A DNA stretch of 64,000 nt from an uncultured Methanobacteriaceae archaeon (GCA_963774795.1 CAVZGI010000009.1:674437-738436); one strand, 5' to 3'. Shown: positions 1 through 10,359, counted from the stretch's first letter. Notes: a model not told the origin generated them from the letters alone. Translations and numbers: made by a program.

Positions 1-650
1 CTTTATGGCCAGAATATTTCCTTCATCCAGAAGTTTAGCGGATTCTTTAATGGGATTTTCAACATCAAACCGACAACATTCATATAAAAAAACTTCTGGC
101 CCACATTCAGGGCAGCAGGTAGCCTCAGCATGATATCTACGGTCTTCAGGATTGGTATATTCTGATTCACATGTAGGACAGAGTGGGAATTTGCTCATAC
201 TGGTTCTTTCCCGATCATATGGGATAGAATCAATCACTGTGAAACGGGGGCCACAGTCAGTACAAGCAGTGAAAGGATAAGTATGTCTACGGTCGCTATG
301 ATTATTTATTTCTTCTAAACAGGCTGAACAGGTGGCCACATCTGGTGGAATAACTGATGAGCCTGAAAAATTGGATGAACTTTCTAAAATTGTAAATTCA
401 GAGTATTCTGGAGTAGTTTCTATCCATTCCATTTCCAGGGAAGAAATTTTAGAAATTGGGGGTTTTTTGGTCTGGATATCATTGGAAAATTGTTTTATTT
501 TATTTTTATTTCCTTCTAAAATAATTTCTACTATATTTCCCAGATTTCTAACATAACCTGTTAAATCAAGAGCCCGGGCTAGTCTATAAACTGTTGGCCT
601 AAATCCTACGCCCTGCACTATTCCCTGAACAAGTATTCGAGCTTTACTCA
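1..650 (-). CDS. hypF: Carbamoyltransferase HypF, N-terminal part (acylphosphatase domain plus two zinc-finger motifs); gene continues beyond the window start
   Basis: Minus-strand translation from GTG at about 650 (RBS AGGAG upstream) gives [25 protein letters not shown] (acylphosphatase), then C..C..18..C..C twice ([15 protein letters not shown]), typical of HypF. Confidence 0.8.
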
Positions 651-965
651 CTATTATTACTCCTATTGTCTTGTAAATGATTATAAACTATTCCAATGAC
701 TATGAGATCTATAAAAATTAAGTTAATCACAATTATTTTAAGTTAAAAATTTCTATTAACTATTCTTTTGATATCCTATTAATTTATTTTTATATTTATT
801 ATCATGATTGCATTGTAAAAAATACTTATTATTTGTGATAATGCTAAAATAAAAATCATATTTTTCCATATTTAAGCAATATTTTATCAAAAAATATGAT
901 ATTCACTAAAAATTTTTCAATATTTAAACGTGCATTTCCAGTGTAAATTTTTTATAATTCATTTT

Positions 966-1337
966 TTAATCTTCAGTATCGTCTTTATATTCACAGTAAT
1001 CTTTACCCCATTGGCACAGCGCATCTAATATGGGCATTACTGAGTCTCCTTTTTTAGTAAGGCAGTATTCTACCTTGGGAGGGACCTCAGCATAGATTTT
1101 TCGATGGATTATTTCATCACTTTCCAGTTCGCGCAAGGTTTTGGTAAGCATTCTCTGGGTTATGGCTGGTAATTTTTTATTAATTTCATTGAACCTCTGT
1201 TTACCTTCTTTTAAAGAATATAGAATCAGCGGTTTCCATTTACCACCAATTTCATTAATAGCAGCTTCTACTGAGCACATTTGCTCTTCTTCAACTTCTT
1301 TTTTCTTAATTTTAATTTTTTCCCCTTTTTTATTCAT
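966..1337 (-). CDS. HxlR-family winged-helix transcriptional regulator
   Basis: 123 aa; [22 protein letters not shown]...[25 protein letters not shown] matches the HxlR/MarR-like HTH. Confidence 0.75.
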   Translation of the reverse strand: MNKKGEKIKIKKKEVEEEQMCSVEAAINEIGGKWKPLILYSLKEGKQRFNEINKKLPAITQRMLTKTLRELESDEIIHRKIYAEVPPKVEYCLTKKGDSVMPILDALCQWGKDYCEYKDDTED

Positions 1338-1416
1338 AATATCTCCTTAATCCGAGTTTAATTTTGATTTTTTATATCAAGAAATTCGGTTTTTTATAAA
1401 AAAATTTTTAATGATC

Positions 1417-1465
1417 TATACTAGTATATTGTATGTTAGTAAGTATACTTTTTGTAAGTATATAT
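1417..1465. promoter_or_regulatory. Cluster of palindromes and direct repeats (TATACTAGTATA, AGTATACT, GTAAGTATA x2) in the divergent HxlR / nitroreductase promoter; candidate HxlR operator
   Basis: A perfect 12-bp palindrome at 1417-1428 and an 8-bp palindrome at 1442-1449, both containing the GTATAC core. Confidence 0.35.
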
Positions 1466-1539
1466 GGTTTTTGTTAGTACAGACTTTAAATACAATAAGT
1501 AACTTTACTATAGTGTTGACTACTAACTGAGGTGAAAAC

Positions 1540-1635
1540 ATGATGGTAAAATTCGATTTACAACATTTCTGCTGTGGTCCTAAAGGCTGTGAGATTGAAG
1601 TTGCTTACGGCGAAATGATGGACGCAGAAGATTAA
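1540..1635 (+). CDS. Candidate small Cys-rich peptide ORF (31 aa: MMVKFDLQHFCCGPKGCEIEVAYGEMMDAED)
   Basis: ATG preceded by GAGGTGA RBS-like motif; lies between the HxlR operator-like palindromes and the nitroreductase gene; too short to appear in the ORF track. Confidence 0.3.
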   Translation: MMVKFDLQHFCCGPKGCEIEVAYGEMMDAED

Positions 1636-1799
1636 GAAAAGCTTTAAAGCATTTTAAAATTTATTTTTTAATTTTTTTATTTTATTTTTATTTATTTTTA
1701 GAAAATTTCAGGATATTTCTTTTACAACAATTATTAAATTATAATAAATTAAAGGATTAAATTAACAATTCAGCTTAATTAGAATAATTGGGTGAAATC

Positions 1800-2312
1800 A
1801 TGCAGGTTTTCGAAGCCATAGAGAATAGAAAAAGTATCAGGAAATACCAGAACACGGAAATAGAAGATGAAAAACTCAATAAAATTTTAGAATCGGCCAG
1901 AATTGCGCCTTCAGCGGCTAACCGGCAGGAATGGAAATTTATTGTGGTTAAAAATCAAGAAACCCGTGATAAACTGGTGGGAGCTGCTAATGGTCAAAAA
2001 TTCGTAGGTCAGGCACCAGTGACTATTGTGGCCTGTTCCACAGAATCAGAAAGAATAATGCCTTGTGGCCAATACGCTTACACCGTTGATTTATCCATAG
2101 CGGTTTCTTTCATGATACTGGAAGCCACTGAACTGGGACTGGGAACTTGTTGGCTAGGGGCCTATAGCGAAGACGCTGTTAAAGAGATTTTAGATATTCC
2201 TGAAGAAATCCGGATAGTGGCCATGTTTACGTTGGGATATGCAGATAATGGGTCGGTAAGCACTCCTAGAAAGACCATGGATGAAATAGTATGCTATGAA
2301 AAGTATGAATAA
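1800..2312 (+). CDS. Nitroreductase-family flavoprotein
   Basis: [11 protein letters not shown]...[15 protein letters not shown]...GLGTCWLG nitroreductase motifs; ATG at 1800 has a GGGTGA RBS. Confidence 0.8.
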   Translation: MQVFEAIENRKSIRKYQNTEIEDEKLNKILESARIAPSAANRQEWKFIVVKNQETRDKLVGAANGQKFVGQAPVTIVACSTESERIMPCGQYAYTVDLSIAVSFMILEATELGLGTCWLGAYSEDAVKEILDIPEEIRIVAMFTLGYADNGSVSTPRKTMDEIVCYEKYE

Positions 2313-2493
2313 TGCTTTTCTTCAATATTTTAATTTTTATTTATTTATAAAATTATTTAATCAATTTAATTACATATTTGCAGGAATTAACTTAAAAAGT
2401 ATAAAATAATTAATTAGAGGATTATGATTTAAAAATTAATTATTGAAATTAAATTAATTGAATTAAATATTATTTTCTAAAAAAATAAAATTT

Positions 2494-3198
2494 TTAGTCT
2501 CTTTGCCCGTGGGGACATACATGAATACATAATCCGCAAACTGGTATTTCACCAGCTTTTTCTAACTTTTTAAAGTATTCCTCACACTTACGGGCATTAT
2601 ATCTTACTTCCCGTGGCTCGTCAGCGTGAAAAGTCCTCCCGGTGAAGGCCTTGGCAGGGCATACTTCTACACACTTGTTACATTCTCCACAAGAATCTTC
2701 CATAGGACTTCCGGTTACTTCTAGAGGGGCATTGGTCAGTACAGTAATCCATCGCACCCTGGGCCCGGCCTCGGGATTAATCAGTAAACAACTTTTTCCT
2801 ATCCAACCGATACCTGCCAGATGAGCGGCTAATTTGTGAGAAAATACTGCCGCTATGCGCTCGTCGTCGCAACGCTTGGATGCGGGTATGGGGAGAACTC
2901 TAAAACCCTCTTTTTGTAGTAAATTGCTTATTTTATATGATACAATATCCAGACGCTGATTAGTAACCTCGTAGGCATGCAAGTAATTTACTGCTTCGGG
3001 TTTATCCATTTCGGCGGATAATTGATCTACCACATCGTCTAAAAGTCTTATTCCTAGAGTAATGGATTTGGGGTATTCGTCCAGTAAGTCCCGGGCATAT
3101 TCCTTGATAAAATGTCTGGCAGGAGTTAAATCGGCCACTCCAACAAATTCGACACCGTCATTATCGGCAATTTCTTTTATTTTCCCGTAGAGGTCCAT
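2494..3198 (-). CDS. QueG/reductive-dehalogenase-related Fe-S protein (DUF1730-like N-domain plus 2x[4Fe-4S] ferredoxin domain)
   Basis: 234 aa; C-terminal CGECNKCVEVCP and CGLCIHVCP cluster motifs; N-domain homologous to the ORF at 7300. Confidence 0.6.
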   Translation of the reverse strand: MDLYGKIKEIADNDGVEFVGVADLTPARHFIKEYARDLLDEYPKSITLGIRLLDDVVDQLSAEMDKPEAVNYLHAYEVTNQRLDIVSYKISNLLQKEGFRVLPIPASKRCDDERIAAVFSHKLAAHLAGIGWIGKSCLLINPEAGPRVRWITVLTNAPLEVTGSPMEDSCGECNKCVEVCPAKAFTGRTFHADEPREVRYNARKCEEYFKKLEKAGEIPVCGLCIHVCPHGQRD

Positions 3199-3339
3199 TA
3201 TATCACACTATTATCCTAAAAGAGCATAAAATCTAAATTAATTCTAATACTTCCCCTATTTAAAATATTTGTTGATATGTTCAAATTAATTTAGATTTAC
3301 CAATTTATTTAGTCATTATGATATCTTACAATCATTACA

Positions 3340-4311
3340 TCATTTATTATCATTATATCTTTTGAAAATACGACATATAACCAGAGTTACCCAGTATTTA
3401 AGGTCTTTATCTCTGGTTAGAAGAAGTTTTAAATCGAATGTGCCGTCTTCATTCTGTTGCTGAACTAGCCAGTCCATGGCCAGTTTTATTTGTGGTTCTT
3501 CTTTTTTAAATCCTAAAAAATACAAAGAATCAAGAGAAGTAACAATATTCGTGAACCAGAAAGGGAAAGAAACACTTTCCCAGTATTTTTTGTCCTGGCG
3601 ATCGTTATATTTATCTCTTTGAAAAAACCGGTTCATTAATAGCTTCCCCGCGTAATGAGCATCAGGGGACTGACGATATTCTTGGTGGGCTGCAAAAGCC
3701 CTTAGAACCATTCCGGTAATTAAATGTGAAAAAGGCCTTGTGGGATCCGACTGCAGAGGCCCGGGAAGTTTTAATGAATCAGCATAATTTATTTTTAAGG
3801 TTCGAAAGGGAATGGCCCATCCACCATCATTTTGTCGGTGAGAAAGCAGCCAATGAAATCCTTTTTCAATTCTAGAATCATTTTGATACCCTGATTTAAT
3901 AAGAAGTTCCATAATTGCTGATGAATAGGTGGTAGCGTATTGTTTTCCGTAGATTCCTCTGAAGTCTCCCTCTTCACTTTGACAATTAAAAAGAAATTCA
4001 GCGGCCTTTTCAATGGATGGATGATTTTTATTGAATCCGTATTTTTCCACCAATTCTCCTAACTGCCTAAAAGTCTCTAACTGGTTATAATCCTCTGCAG
4101 ACCGTAATTTATGGTTTCCTCCAGGGTATTTCCAGAAACCATCATCTTGCTGTTTTCTAATTATTTTTTGGGGCCCTGGTAGCTCCCATAGACAATCGAC
4201 TTCAGGTACTTTTTCCTCTAAAAGGTCTCTTCTGGTGAAATACTCAATGGCTGGATTGGATGAATTTATTAGAGTATTTATGGGGTCGTGATTTAACTCT
4301 TTAATCCACAT
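3340..4311 (-). CDS. Alpha/alpha-toroid repeat protein (prenyltransferase/squalene-cyclase-type QW-like repeats)
   Basis: 323 aa with four spaced Q..DG(F/G)W-type repeats (QQDDGFW, QSEEGDFRG, RQNDGGWA, QQNEDGTF). Confidence 0.45.
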   Translation of the reverse strand: MWIKELNHDPINTLINSSNPAIEYFTRRDLLEEKVPEVDCLWELPGPQKIIRKQQDDGFWKYPGGNHKLRSAEDYNQLETFRQLGELVEKYGFNKNHPSIEKAAEFLFNCQSEEGDFRGIYGKQYATTYSSAIMELLIKSGYQNDSRIEKGFHWLLSHRQNDGGWAIPFRTLKINYADSLKLPGPLQSDPTRPFSHLITGMVLRAFAAHQEYRQSPDAHYAGKLLMNRFFQRDKYNDRQDKKYWESVSFPFWFTNIVTSLDSLYFLGFKKEEPQIKLAMDWLVQQQNEDGTFDLKLLLTRDKDLKYWVTLVICRIFKRYNDNK

Positions 4312-4328
4312 ATTTTCATCTCAAAAAT

Positions 4329-4814
4329 CTATTCATCTTTTTTGTTTATTTTCTTTTTTTCCAGAATAAGATGTCGTGGAAAGAAATTAAAACTGCTATA
4401 GAATGGTAGTAAATCCTCATTACCTACGGCCACTACTATTTTTAATTCATTATTGTCCTGACTTTCCATCCATTCCATGGCCCTTTTTACAAGTTCTTTT
4501 CCTATTCCCAAGTTTCTATACTCTTTTTTTAAATAGATGGAATCTATTTCGCCTTTTCCCTGGTTGTTTATGGAGCTGATACAGTAGCCCACGCAACAAT
4601 CGCTTTCGCAGTCTGATATTATTTCAATTAATATATTTCCCCGGGAGGATTTTTCTAAAAGTTCTTCCTTTCTATCTTCGAAACATTTATCCTGGTATTC
4701 ATCTTTAAAATGAGGTGAAACAATAACATGGTGCTTTTTAAGATCTTCCCAGAGTGGTTTAATAAGATCCAAATCATCTGTGCTGATACATTTAAATTCT
4801 AGTTTTCGGGTCAT
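4329..4814 (-). CDS. GNAT family N-acetyltransferase
   Basis: YRNLGIGKELVKRAMEW acetyl-CoA binding motif. Confidence 0.8.
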   Translation of the reverse strand: MTRKLEFKCISTDDLDLIKPLWEDLKKHHVIVSPHFKDEYQDKCFEDRKEELLEKSSRGNILIEIISDCESDCCVGYCISSINNQGKGEIDSIYLKKEYRNLGIGKELVKRAMEWMESQDNNELKIVVAVGNEDLLPFYSSFNFFPRHLILEKKKINKKDE

Positions 4815-4865
4815 TTTTCCACAACAGCAAATTTATTCCAAAAGCTCTTAATTCATTATAAATCT

Positions 4866-5552
4866 TTATTTTCGCCCGTATAGAACCACAAAATTGTAAT
4901 ATTTGTAATACACATCCACATCTTTAAATCCTGCTTCTTGAAGCCATTTAATATTGTCTTCCAGGGTGGCCGGGTTGTCAAACTTCATGCGCTCTAAAAT
5001 AACCTTTTTATCACTTTTTTCAAGACTTGCCTTATTAATTACTTCCATCCAATTTTTCTGGTACATTTTCTCGCTGTAAGAACCAGGCCCAATTACTTCG
5101 TCGGCATTTAAAAAGATTCCATCTGGTTTTAAGTGATCATATGCTTTTTGATAAAGCGATTTAATGTCGTTGTGATTTAGATGATGAATAGAGAGTGAGG
5201 AAACTATCATATCAAATAAACCGTCAAAATCATACTTTAAATAATCTTCATTAATGTATTCAAAGTTTTTTTGACCTGAAAACCGGGTTTTAGCAATATT
5301 TAACATTTCCTCAGCCATGTCCACCAGCTGAAACTGGGCTTCAGGATGTTTTTCCCAGAGAAGTTGGGTTAAAAGACCAGTACCTGCTCCTAAATCCAAT
5401 ATACGAGGATTAATAATTCTGGAATCTGCCATCTGAACTAAAGTGCCGTAATAAACATCAAAGTTTGGTATAATGGCTTTTCGATCCTTATCGTACTTAG
5501 TGGCAGCATTGTCGAATTTTTTTCTTAATAGATCCCGGTTTTTATGACTCAT
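4866..5552 (-). CDS. Class I SAM-dependent methyltransferase
   Basis: ILDLGAGTGLLTQLL motif I, DMIVSSLSIHHL motif. Confidence 0.8.
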   Translation of the reverse strand: MSHKNRDLLRKKFDNAATKYDKDRKAIIPNFDVYYGTLVQMADSRIINPRILDLGAGTGLLTQLLWEKHPEAQFQLVDMAEEMLNIAKTRFSGQKNFEYINEDYLKYDFDGLFDMIVSSLSIHHLNHNDIKSLYQKAYDHLKPDGIFLNADEVIGPGSYSEKMYQKNWMEVINKASLEKSDKKVILERMKFDNPATLEDNIKWLQEAGFKDVDVYYKYYNFVVLYGRK

Positions 5553-5664
5553 GGTAATCCCAGTATTTTTACTTTTTACTGTTAATTTATATGATTAATT
5601 CACTTTAAATTATTTATTCACTAAATCCAGATTTCTAAAATAATTCGATAGGGATGTAATAAGA

Positions 5665-6272
5665 ATGATACTAAAAAAGCTTGATTTAAAGGTTCATGAT
5701 ACAAAAAAAGTCTCTGAACTAATTTATTTTACAGATGCCCATACTTATAATCGAATTTTAAAAAATAAAGCCTCTGCAATGCAAAAACTGCAGAACCTGG
5801 TGTTAAAAGGCAATAATAGTATAGGTCATGAGAACATTCATGTGGTCACTCAAAAAGACGATGATAACGTTTTGGGAGTTCTGGTAACCTCAAAGAAGGG
5901 TCAGAAGCAGCACCAAAAATGAAATAAAAACCTTTTTAAAAACTTTATCTCTTTCTGGATACCATAAGATTTACTATTTTAGAATTAATTGATACCATGT
6001 TTCTGGCCACTTTAAGGGAGGGGGACTTCTATTTGGCCTGTGTGGCTGTTGATGAGAATACCAGGGGACAAGGTATTGGAACATTCATCTTGAATAGTGC
6101 TGTGGACCTGGCCCGGAATGAAGGGATGCAAAAAATGGTTTTGGATGTTGATCTGGGTAATGAAGGAGCCCGAAGATTATATGAAAGATTTGGGTTTAAT
6201 GCCTTTAATAAAAAGAGTATTCCCTGGTTTGGTGGAGAGAAGGGAATGTATAACATGGAAATTTTGCTTTGA
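5665..6272 (+). pseudogene. GNAT acetyltransferase disrupted by two indels in A5/T5 runs (5915-5940); probably a sequencing artefact
   Basis: N-part (5665-5922) and C-part (open from 5940; FYLACVAVDENTRGQGIG motif A) are joined by an open third frame KNEIKTFL across ccaaaaatgaaataaaaaccttttt. Confidence 0.55.
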
Positions 6273-6396
6273 TCTTCATTTAAATGTTCCTATTACTTTT
6301 TAATATTAATCAAGCTTCATTTAATGAATATTTTAATTTTTATAATTTTTTATAAATCCAAACCTTTATATTCAACTTCCTCAAAATATCAACTAC

Positions 6397-6420
6397 TCGA
6401 TATCAAGTGGTCGATATCGA
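6397..6420. promoter_or_regulatory. Palindromic direct repeat TCGATATC(GA) x2 upstream of the PadR gene; candidate operator
   Basis: tcgatatcaagtggtcgatatcga; the second copy is a perfect 10-bp palindrome. Confidence 0.3.
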
Positions 6421-6549
6421 CTGATTGATATGATGTGGATCAGCAATTTTTAATATTTTTTTAATATTGGCATTTGCTAAATCCACTTTTAATAAATAAT
6501 CAATAATGAAAGAAAATATTCCATAATAAATAGGAGAAATGGATTCAGA

Positions 6550-7125
6550 ATGTGGGATAACTGGAAAAACACCTTGCACAACTGGAAAAATCTGCATGAG
6601 AAAGTAGACCAGCTTCACAAATTAGGCGGCTTAAGAATATGGATACTCCATGTACTGAGTAATGGCCCAAAAAATGGGGTAGAAATAATGGATTCTATAC
6701 AGGAACACTATGAGGGAATGTATAAAATAAGAAACCATTTTACAAACTCTACTCATACCGAAAAACATTACAACATGCATCTCAGAAAGACCATGAACCG
6801 TACATCTTCACGTCCGTCGCCGGGTTCTGTATATCCCATGCTAAAAAAAATGGTCGCAGAAGATTTAATAACAAAATTGGATGATGGTAAGTATGATTTA
6901 ACAGATACCGGTCGGGAAACCATCTATGAAATATTTGGAAATCATAATAACCGCCCAGGAACTTATCAGCAGCCACAGACCATTGAAAGTGCATTAATCG
7001 AAATTGACAACTACCTTTCATATCTGGAAGATATAAACAAAGAGAATCTAGCTCCCCATAAAGAGATAATAGGGTCTTTAACTGAGAGAATTACTAAAAT
7101 TAAAGATTCACTTGATGAAAATTAA
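6550..7125 (+). CDS. PadR-family transcriptional regulator
   Basis: RIWILHVLSNGPKNGVEIMDSIQE ... SPGSVYPMLKKMVAEDLI is the PadR wHTH signature, with an inserted loop. Confidence 0.7.
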   Translation: MWDNWKNTLHNWKNLHEKVDQLHKLGGLRIWILHVLSNGPKNGVEIMDSIQEHYEGMYKIRNHFTNSTHTEKHYNMHLRKTMNRTSSRPSPGSVYPMLKKMVAEDLITKLDDGKYDLTDTGRETIYEIFGNHNNRPGTYQQPQTIESALIEIDNYLSYLEDINKENLAPHKEIIGSLTERITKIKDSLDEN

Positions 7126-7299
7126 AAAATAAAATAAGGTCCCAGCTGTATTATTATTTACCGCCTCCAACGTGTTATAAAATACTTATCCTGGGGCCTT
7201 ATATCTTCCTAATTTTACACAGATAGCTTGTCTTAGCCTGGGCTATCTTCAAATACGATATTTTAGAATAGAAAAAAGGAAAATTAAGGATGTAATAAT

Positions 7300-7765
7300 A
7301 TGCAATTTGAAAATCTGGCAAGGAAAACCATTGAAAATGAATGTGAGGATTATTATTTCGGTATTGCTGATTTATCCACAGTACGAAAGTCTGAAACTCA
7401 AAAATATGGTTCCCTATTAGATGCATATCCTAATGCGATTTCTATAGGCCTAACAATGTTTCCCATGATTTCCAACCAATCGCATCAGGATGAATATGAA
7501 AAAATTTATAATGAAACAAAAAACTTGACCGATGGTAAGCTTGATATTATAACGGCACGTTTGAGTGAACTGCTACAGAAAAATGGCTATGCAGCGTTCC
7601 CAGTTCCAAAGATCGAAACTAATGAAAAACTATTCCTTTATTTACATAAAATGGCCGCCAAAATGGCGGGATTGGACCAAATTGAAAAAAATTAGACTTC
7701 CCTAACTTTAGATGAGGACAAGCATGTTATTTGGGGCACGTATCCTCACTAATGCCCCATTATAA
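7300..7765 (+). pseudogene. DUF1730-like N-domain-only paralog of the 2494-3198 protein; lacks the Fe-S domain and carries two frameshifts near gaaaaaaatta (about 7690 and 7720)
   Basis: YFGIADL, LLDAYPNAISIGL, KLDIITARLSELLQKNGYAAFPVP and LHKMAAKMAGL align with the full-length paralog; after the shifts the reading resumes as SMLFGARILTNAPL, matching ITVLTNAPL of the paralog. Confidence 0.5.
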
Positions 7766-7794
7766 TCTTTAAAATCAAAAAAGGAATGATTTGA

Positions 7795-8358
7795 GTGTCT
7801 ATTAAAACAGCAGTTAAAGAACATTTCCAACAGAGTCCCATTGCTGAGCACTGGGCCTATTTTTTCCCAAGTGAGGATATAAATGAGATGAATAGCCTAA
7901 TTTTTGAAGATAATGCTCTTGAAATTAGGAAATTTAATTCAAGTGATTTGGATAACTGTGCAAAACTATTTAAAAAGGTATTCTCCTCTGATCCCTGGTA
8001 TGATGACTGGAAATCTCTGGAACAGGCCAGGAATTATCTGAGCGAATTAATTAAAAATCCAGCCTTTGAAGGTTTGGTGGCTTGTGAAGGTTCGGATATT
8101 GTGGCCGTTTGTTTAGGACACAATAGGTCCTGGTGGATGGGTAAAGAATTCATTGTGGATGAGTTTTATGTTGAAAATGAAAGACAGGGAATGGGAATAG
8201 GAACAAAATTATTGGATAATGTTTCTAATTACCTACTTGGCACAGGATATGTTAGTTTAACTTTGTTAACCAATAAAGGAATACTTGCTGAGGATTTCTA
8301 TCTTAAAAATGGGTTCTATAATAATCAAAAGCGTACAGTAATGGTTAAAAAATTATGA
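7795..8358 (+). CDS. GNAT family N-acetyltransferase
   Basis: ERQGMGIGTKLLDNVSNYL motif A. Confidence 0.8.
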   Translation: MSIKTAVKEHFQQSPIAEHWAYFFPSEDINEMNSLIFEDNALEIRKFNSSDLDNCAKLFKKVFSSDPWYDDWKSLEQARNYLSELIKNPAFEGLVACEGSDIVAVCLGHNRSWWMGKEFIVDEFYVENERQGMGIGTKLLDNVSNYLLGTGYVSLTLLTNKGILAEDFYLKNGFYNNQKRTVMVKKL

Positions 8359-8452
8359 ATTCTTAATTTTCTATAAAATTTAAAAATAAGATTAGGTGCT
8401 CATTCTGAATCAATATTGGGCAAGATTACTGTAATTGTTATTGGTTTTAAGT

Positions 8453-9153
8453 TTAAATCCGGTGGAGTGAATAATCCTTCATCATCTGCACCGCTTCATC
8501 TTCACCTACATCATCCCAGTAGTGATAGGCTTCCGCCACCGCAAAACTCCACCCACTACGAACATTTGGGCAGTAAATTCTATCAAAGTTATTTTCAAGC
8601 ATATCTAAAGCTTCCAGGTGGGCGGTGGGGCTAGCCACTATTCTTTCTCTAACGCCCTGATTTTTAAGAGCCCTTAGAGCAGCTAAAAGTGTATAACCTG
8701 AGGCAATACCATCATCAGCCAGGATCACGGTTTTATCTTGAATATCTAGTTTTTTATCGTCCCCTCGGAATTTATATAGTCTCCTCTTTACCTTTTCCTG
8801 GGTATCTGCTATCCCCTGATTAACTGTTTCCTCACCCAGCCCTAAACGAGTTATAAGATCCTGATTAAGGGCTAAGGTCCCATCAAAAGCCACAGCCCCA
8901 TATCCTGCTTCAGGGTTCCAGGGGAGAGTTATTTTACTGGCTATGGCCACATCCAGGATTAAGTGAAGATTTTGGGCCATGATTATGCCTATGGGTATTC
9001 CTCCTGACGGTATGGTTAATATTATGGATTCAGCGTCTTTAAACTCGGTTAACATTTTGGACAATACTTGTCCTGCTTCTTCCCGGTCCTGGAAAACTCG
9101 TACGCGATCTCTAAGCTCGGGCAGTTCCACCAGCCCTTGAATGTTTGTAGTCA
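8453..9153 (-). CDS. Phosphoribosyltransferase-family protein
   Basis: VILADDGIASGYTLLAALRALK PRPP-binding motif; likely start MTTNIQ behind an AAGGGAGGAATAGA RBS. Confidence 0.7.
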
Positions 9154-9563
9154 TTCTATTCCTCCCTTTGCTATAGGTCATCTTTTAAGAATTTCATCTC
9201 TTTTCTAGACTTTAGATGTAAATAGATTAGTGTAAGCACGATTAAAAAATAAATACGTAAAATTGCTCCTCTAATAAAATGCTATCCTTGGATTTCACCA
9301 AAGCAAAAGGCAGTAATTAAATGATCTGAAATCCTTAATTTTGTATATAATATTTTATAATAAGTATATTTTAAATTTCTGGATTCAAAATTAGGTATTG
9401 CAAATTATTATTATTTTATTAATATATTTGTGGAACATCGGAATACTTATTTTAATTTTATTTATCAGTAATTTATTGATAAGGGGATAAAATGGGATTT
9501 AAATAAGAAATATAATAATTAGGGGTGAATAAATGAAGAATCAAATGAAATGGGGATTGAAAT

Positions 9564-10322
9564 TCATATCAATCGCAAACTGGCAACATAAATATGATCT
9601 TTAAGATCATTCTGTTGTGGGTGGTCAAATACTAGTTCAACTTCCTTACCAAAATGTTCCCCCGCCAGTTTTAAATGATAAAGGCTAATTCCTACGTCTA
9701 TGGGTGGATATTTTTTAGTTAAAAACCCTTTAACGCGACCTGGTTCTATATAGCAGGCATGGATTAGGGTTTCGTCACCGGTGAAAAACCAGGGTTGTGC
9801 ATTAGTTGCAGAAGGAGCAAGACGGGCCGCTTCTAGTAGATCATCGGCACCTTTAATATCAGTTATTTCGGGTAATGATTTTCGTTTGAATTCTGAGATA
9901 TTAGTTCGGTGTAATGATTCCGGTTCCTGAGGCTTTCCAAAGGGCATTAAAATGACAAATTTTAGATTTGAACCATGTAAAGCTTCTTTTTTTAGGGTGG
10001 GGATTCCCTGCCAGCAGCTTCCTAATCCATTGGCCGAGAAGAATAGATCCATCTGTTGCAGCATGAAACCAACATTGGTTAAATAACCTTCTTTGGCCTC
10101 TGAAAACACTGCAATATAATGTGGAGCCTTCTTCATCATTCTTCTTTTGACCAAATCGGAGGATAAGATCTTGAATTCGATTTTAATCTCAGCATGCAAT
10201 GGTGTTAAAGTTTGGAGATGGTTGGATATATTATGCAACGTTTTTTCATCTAAGGGGGTTAGATCAAACTTTCTAATGGATTTTCTTTTGAATATTGTTT
10301 CGTAAAGGGCTGTTTTTTCCAT
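9564..10322 (-). CDS. Nitroreductase-family protein
   Basis: IFKRKSIRKF ... ARLAPSATNAQPWFF motifs. Confidence 0.75.
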   Translation of the reverse strand: MEKTALYETIFKRKSIRKFDLTPLDEKTLHNISNHLQTLTPLHAEIKIEFKILSSDLVKRRMMKKAPHYIAVFSEAKEGYLTNVGFMLQQMDLFFSANGLGSCWQGIPTLKKEALHGSNLKFVILMPFGKPQEPESLHRTNISEFKRKSLPEITDIKGADDLLEAARLAPSATNAQPWFFTGDETLIHACYIEPGRVKGFLTKKYPPIDVGISLYHLKLAGEHFGKEVELVFDHPQQNDLKDHIYVASLRLI

Positions 10323-10359
10323 TTTTCTTACCTCATCTGTTTAAATCCCGCATATCCAT

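Noticed and set aside
332-556. 74-aa + strand ORF
   Set aside because: Antisense to the well-supported hypF zinc-finger region; no RBS and no motif
6403-6618. 71-aa minus-strand ORF
   Set aside because: Overlaps the PadR promoter palindromes and the PadR start; low-complexity; probably spurious
7130-7200. ggtcccagc ... ctggggcc inverted repeat after the PadR gene, as a possible terminator or ncRNA
   Set aside because: The stem is imperfect, the loop is about 45 nt and there is no following oligo-T; the evidence is too weak
8416-8634. 72-aa + ORF
   Set aside because: Antisense overlap with the phosphoribosyltransferase gene; no features
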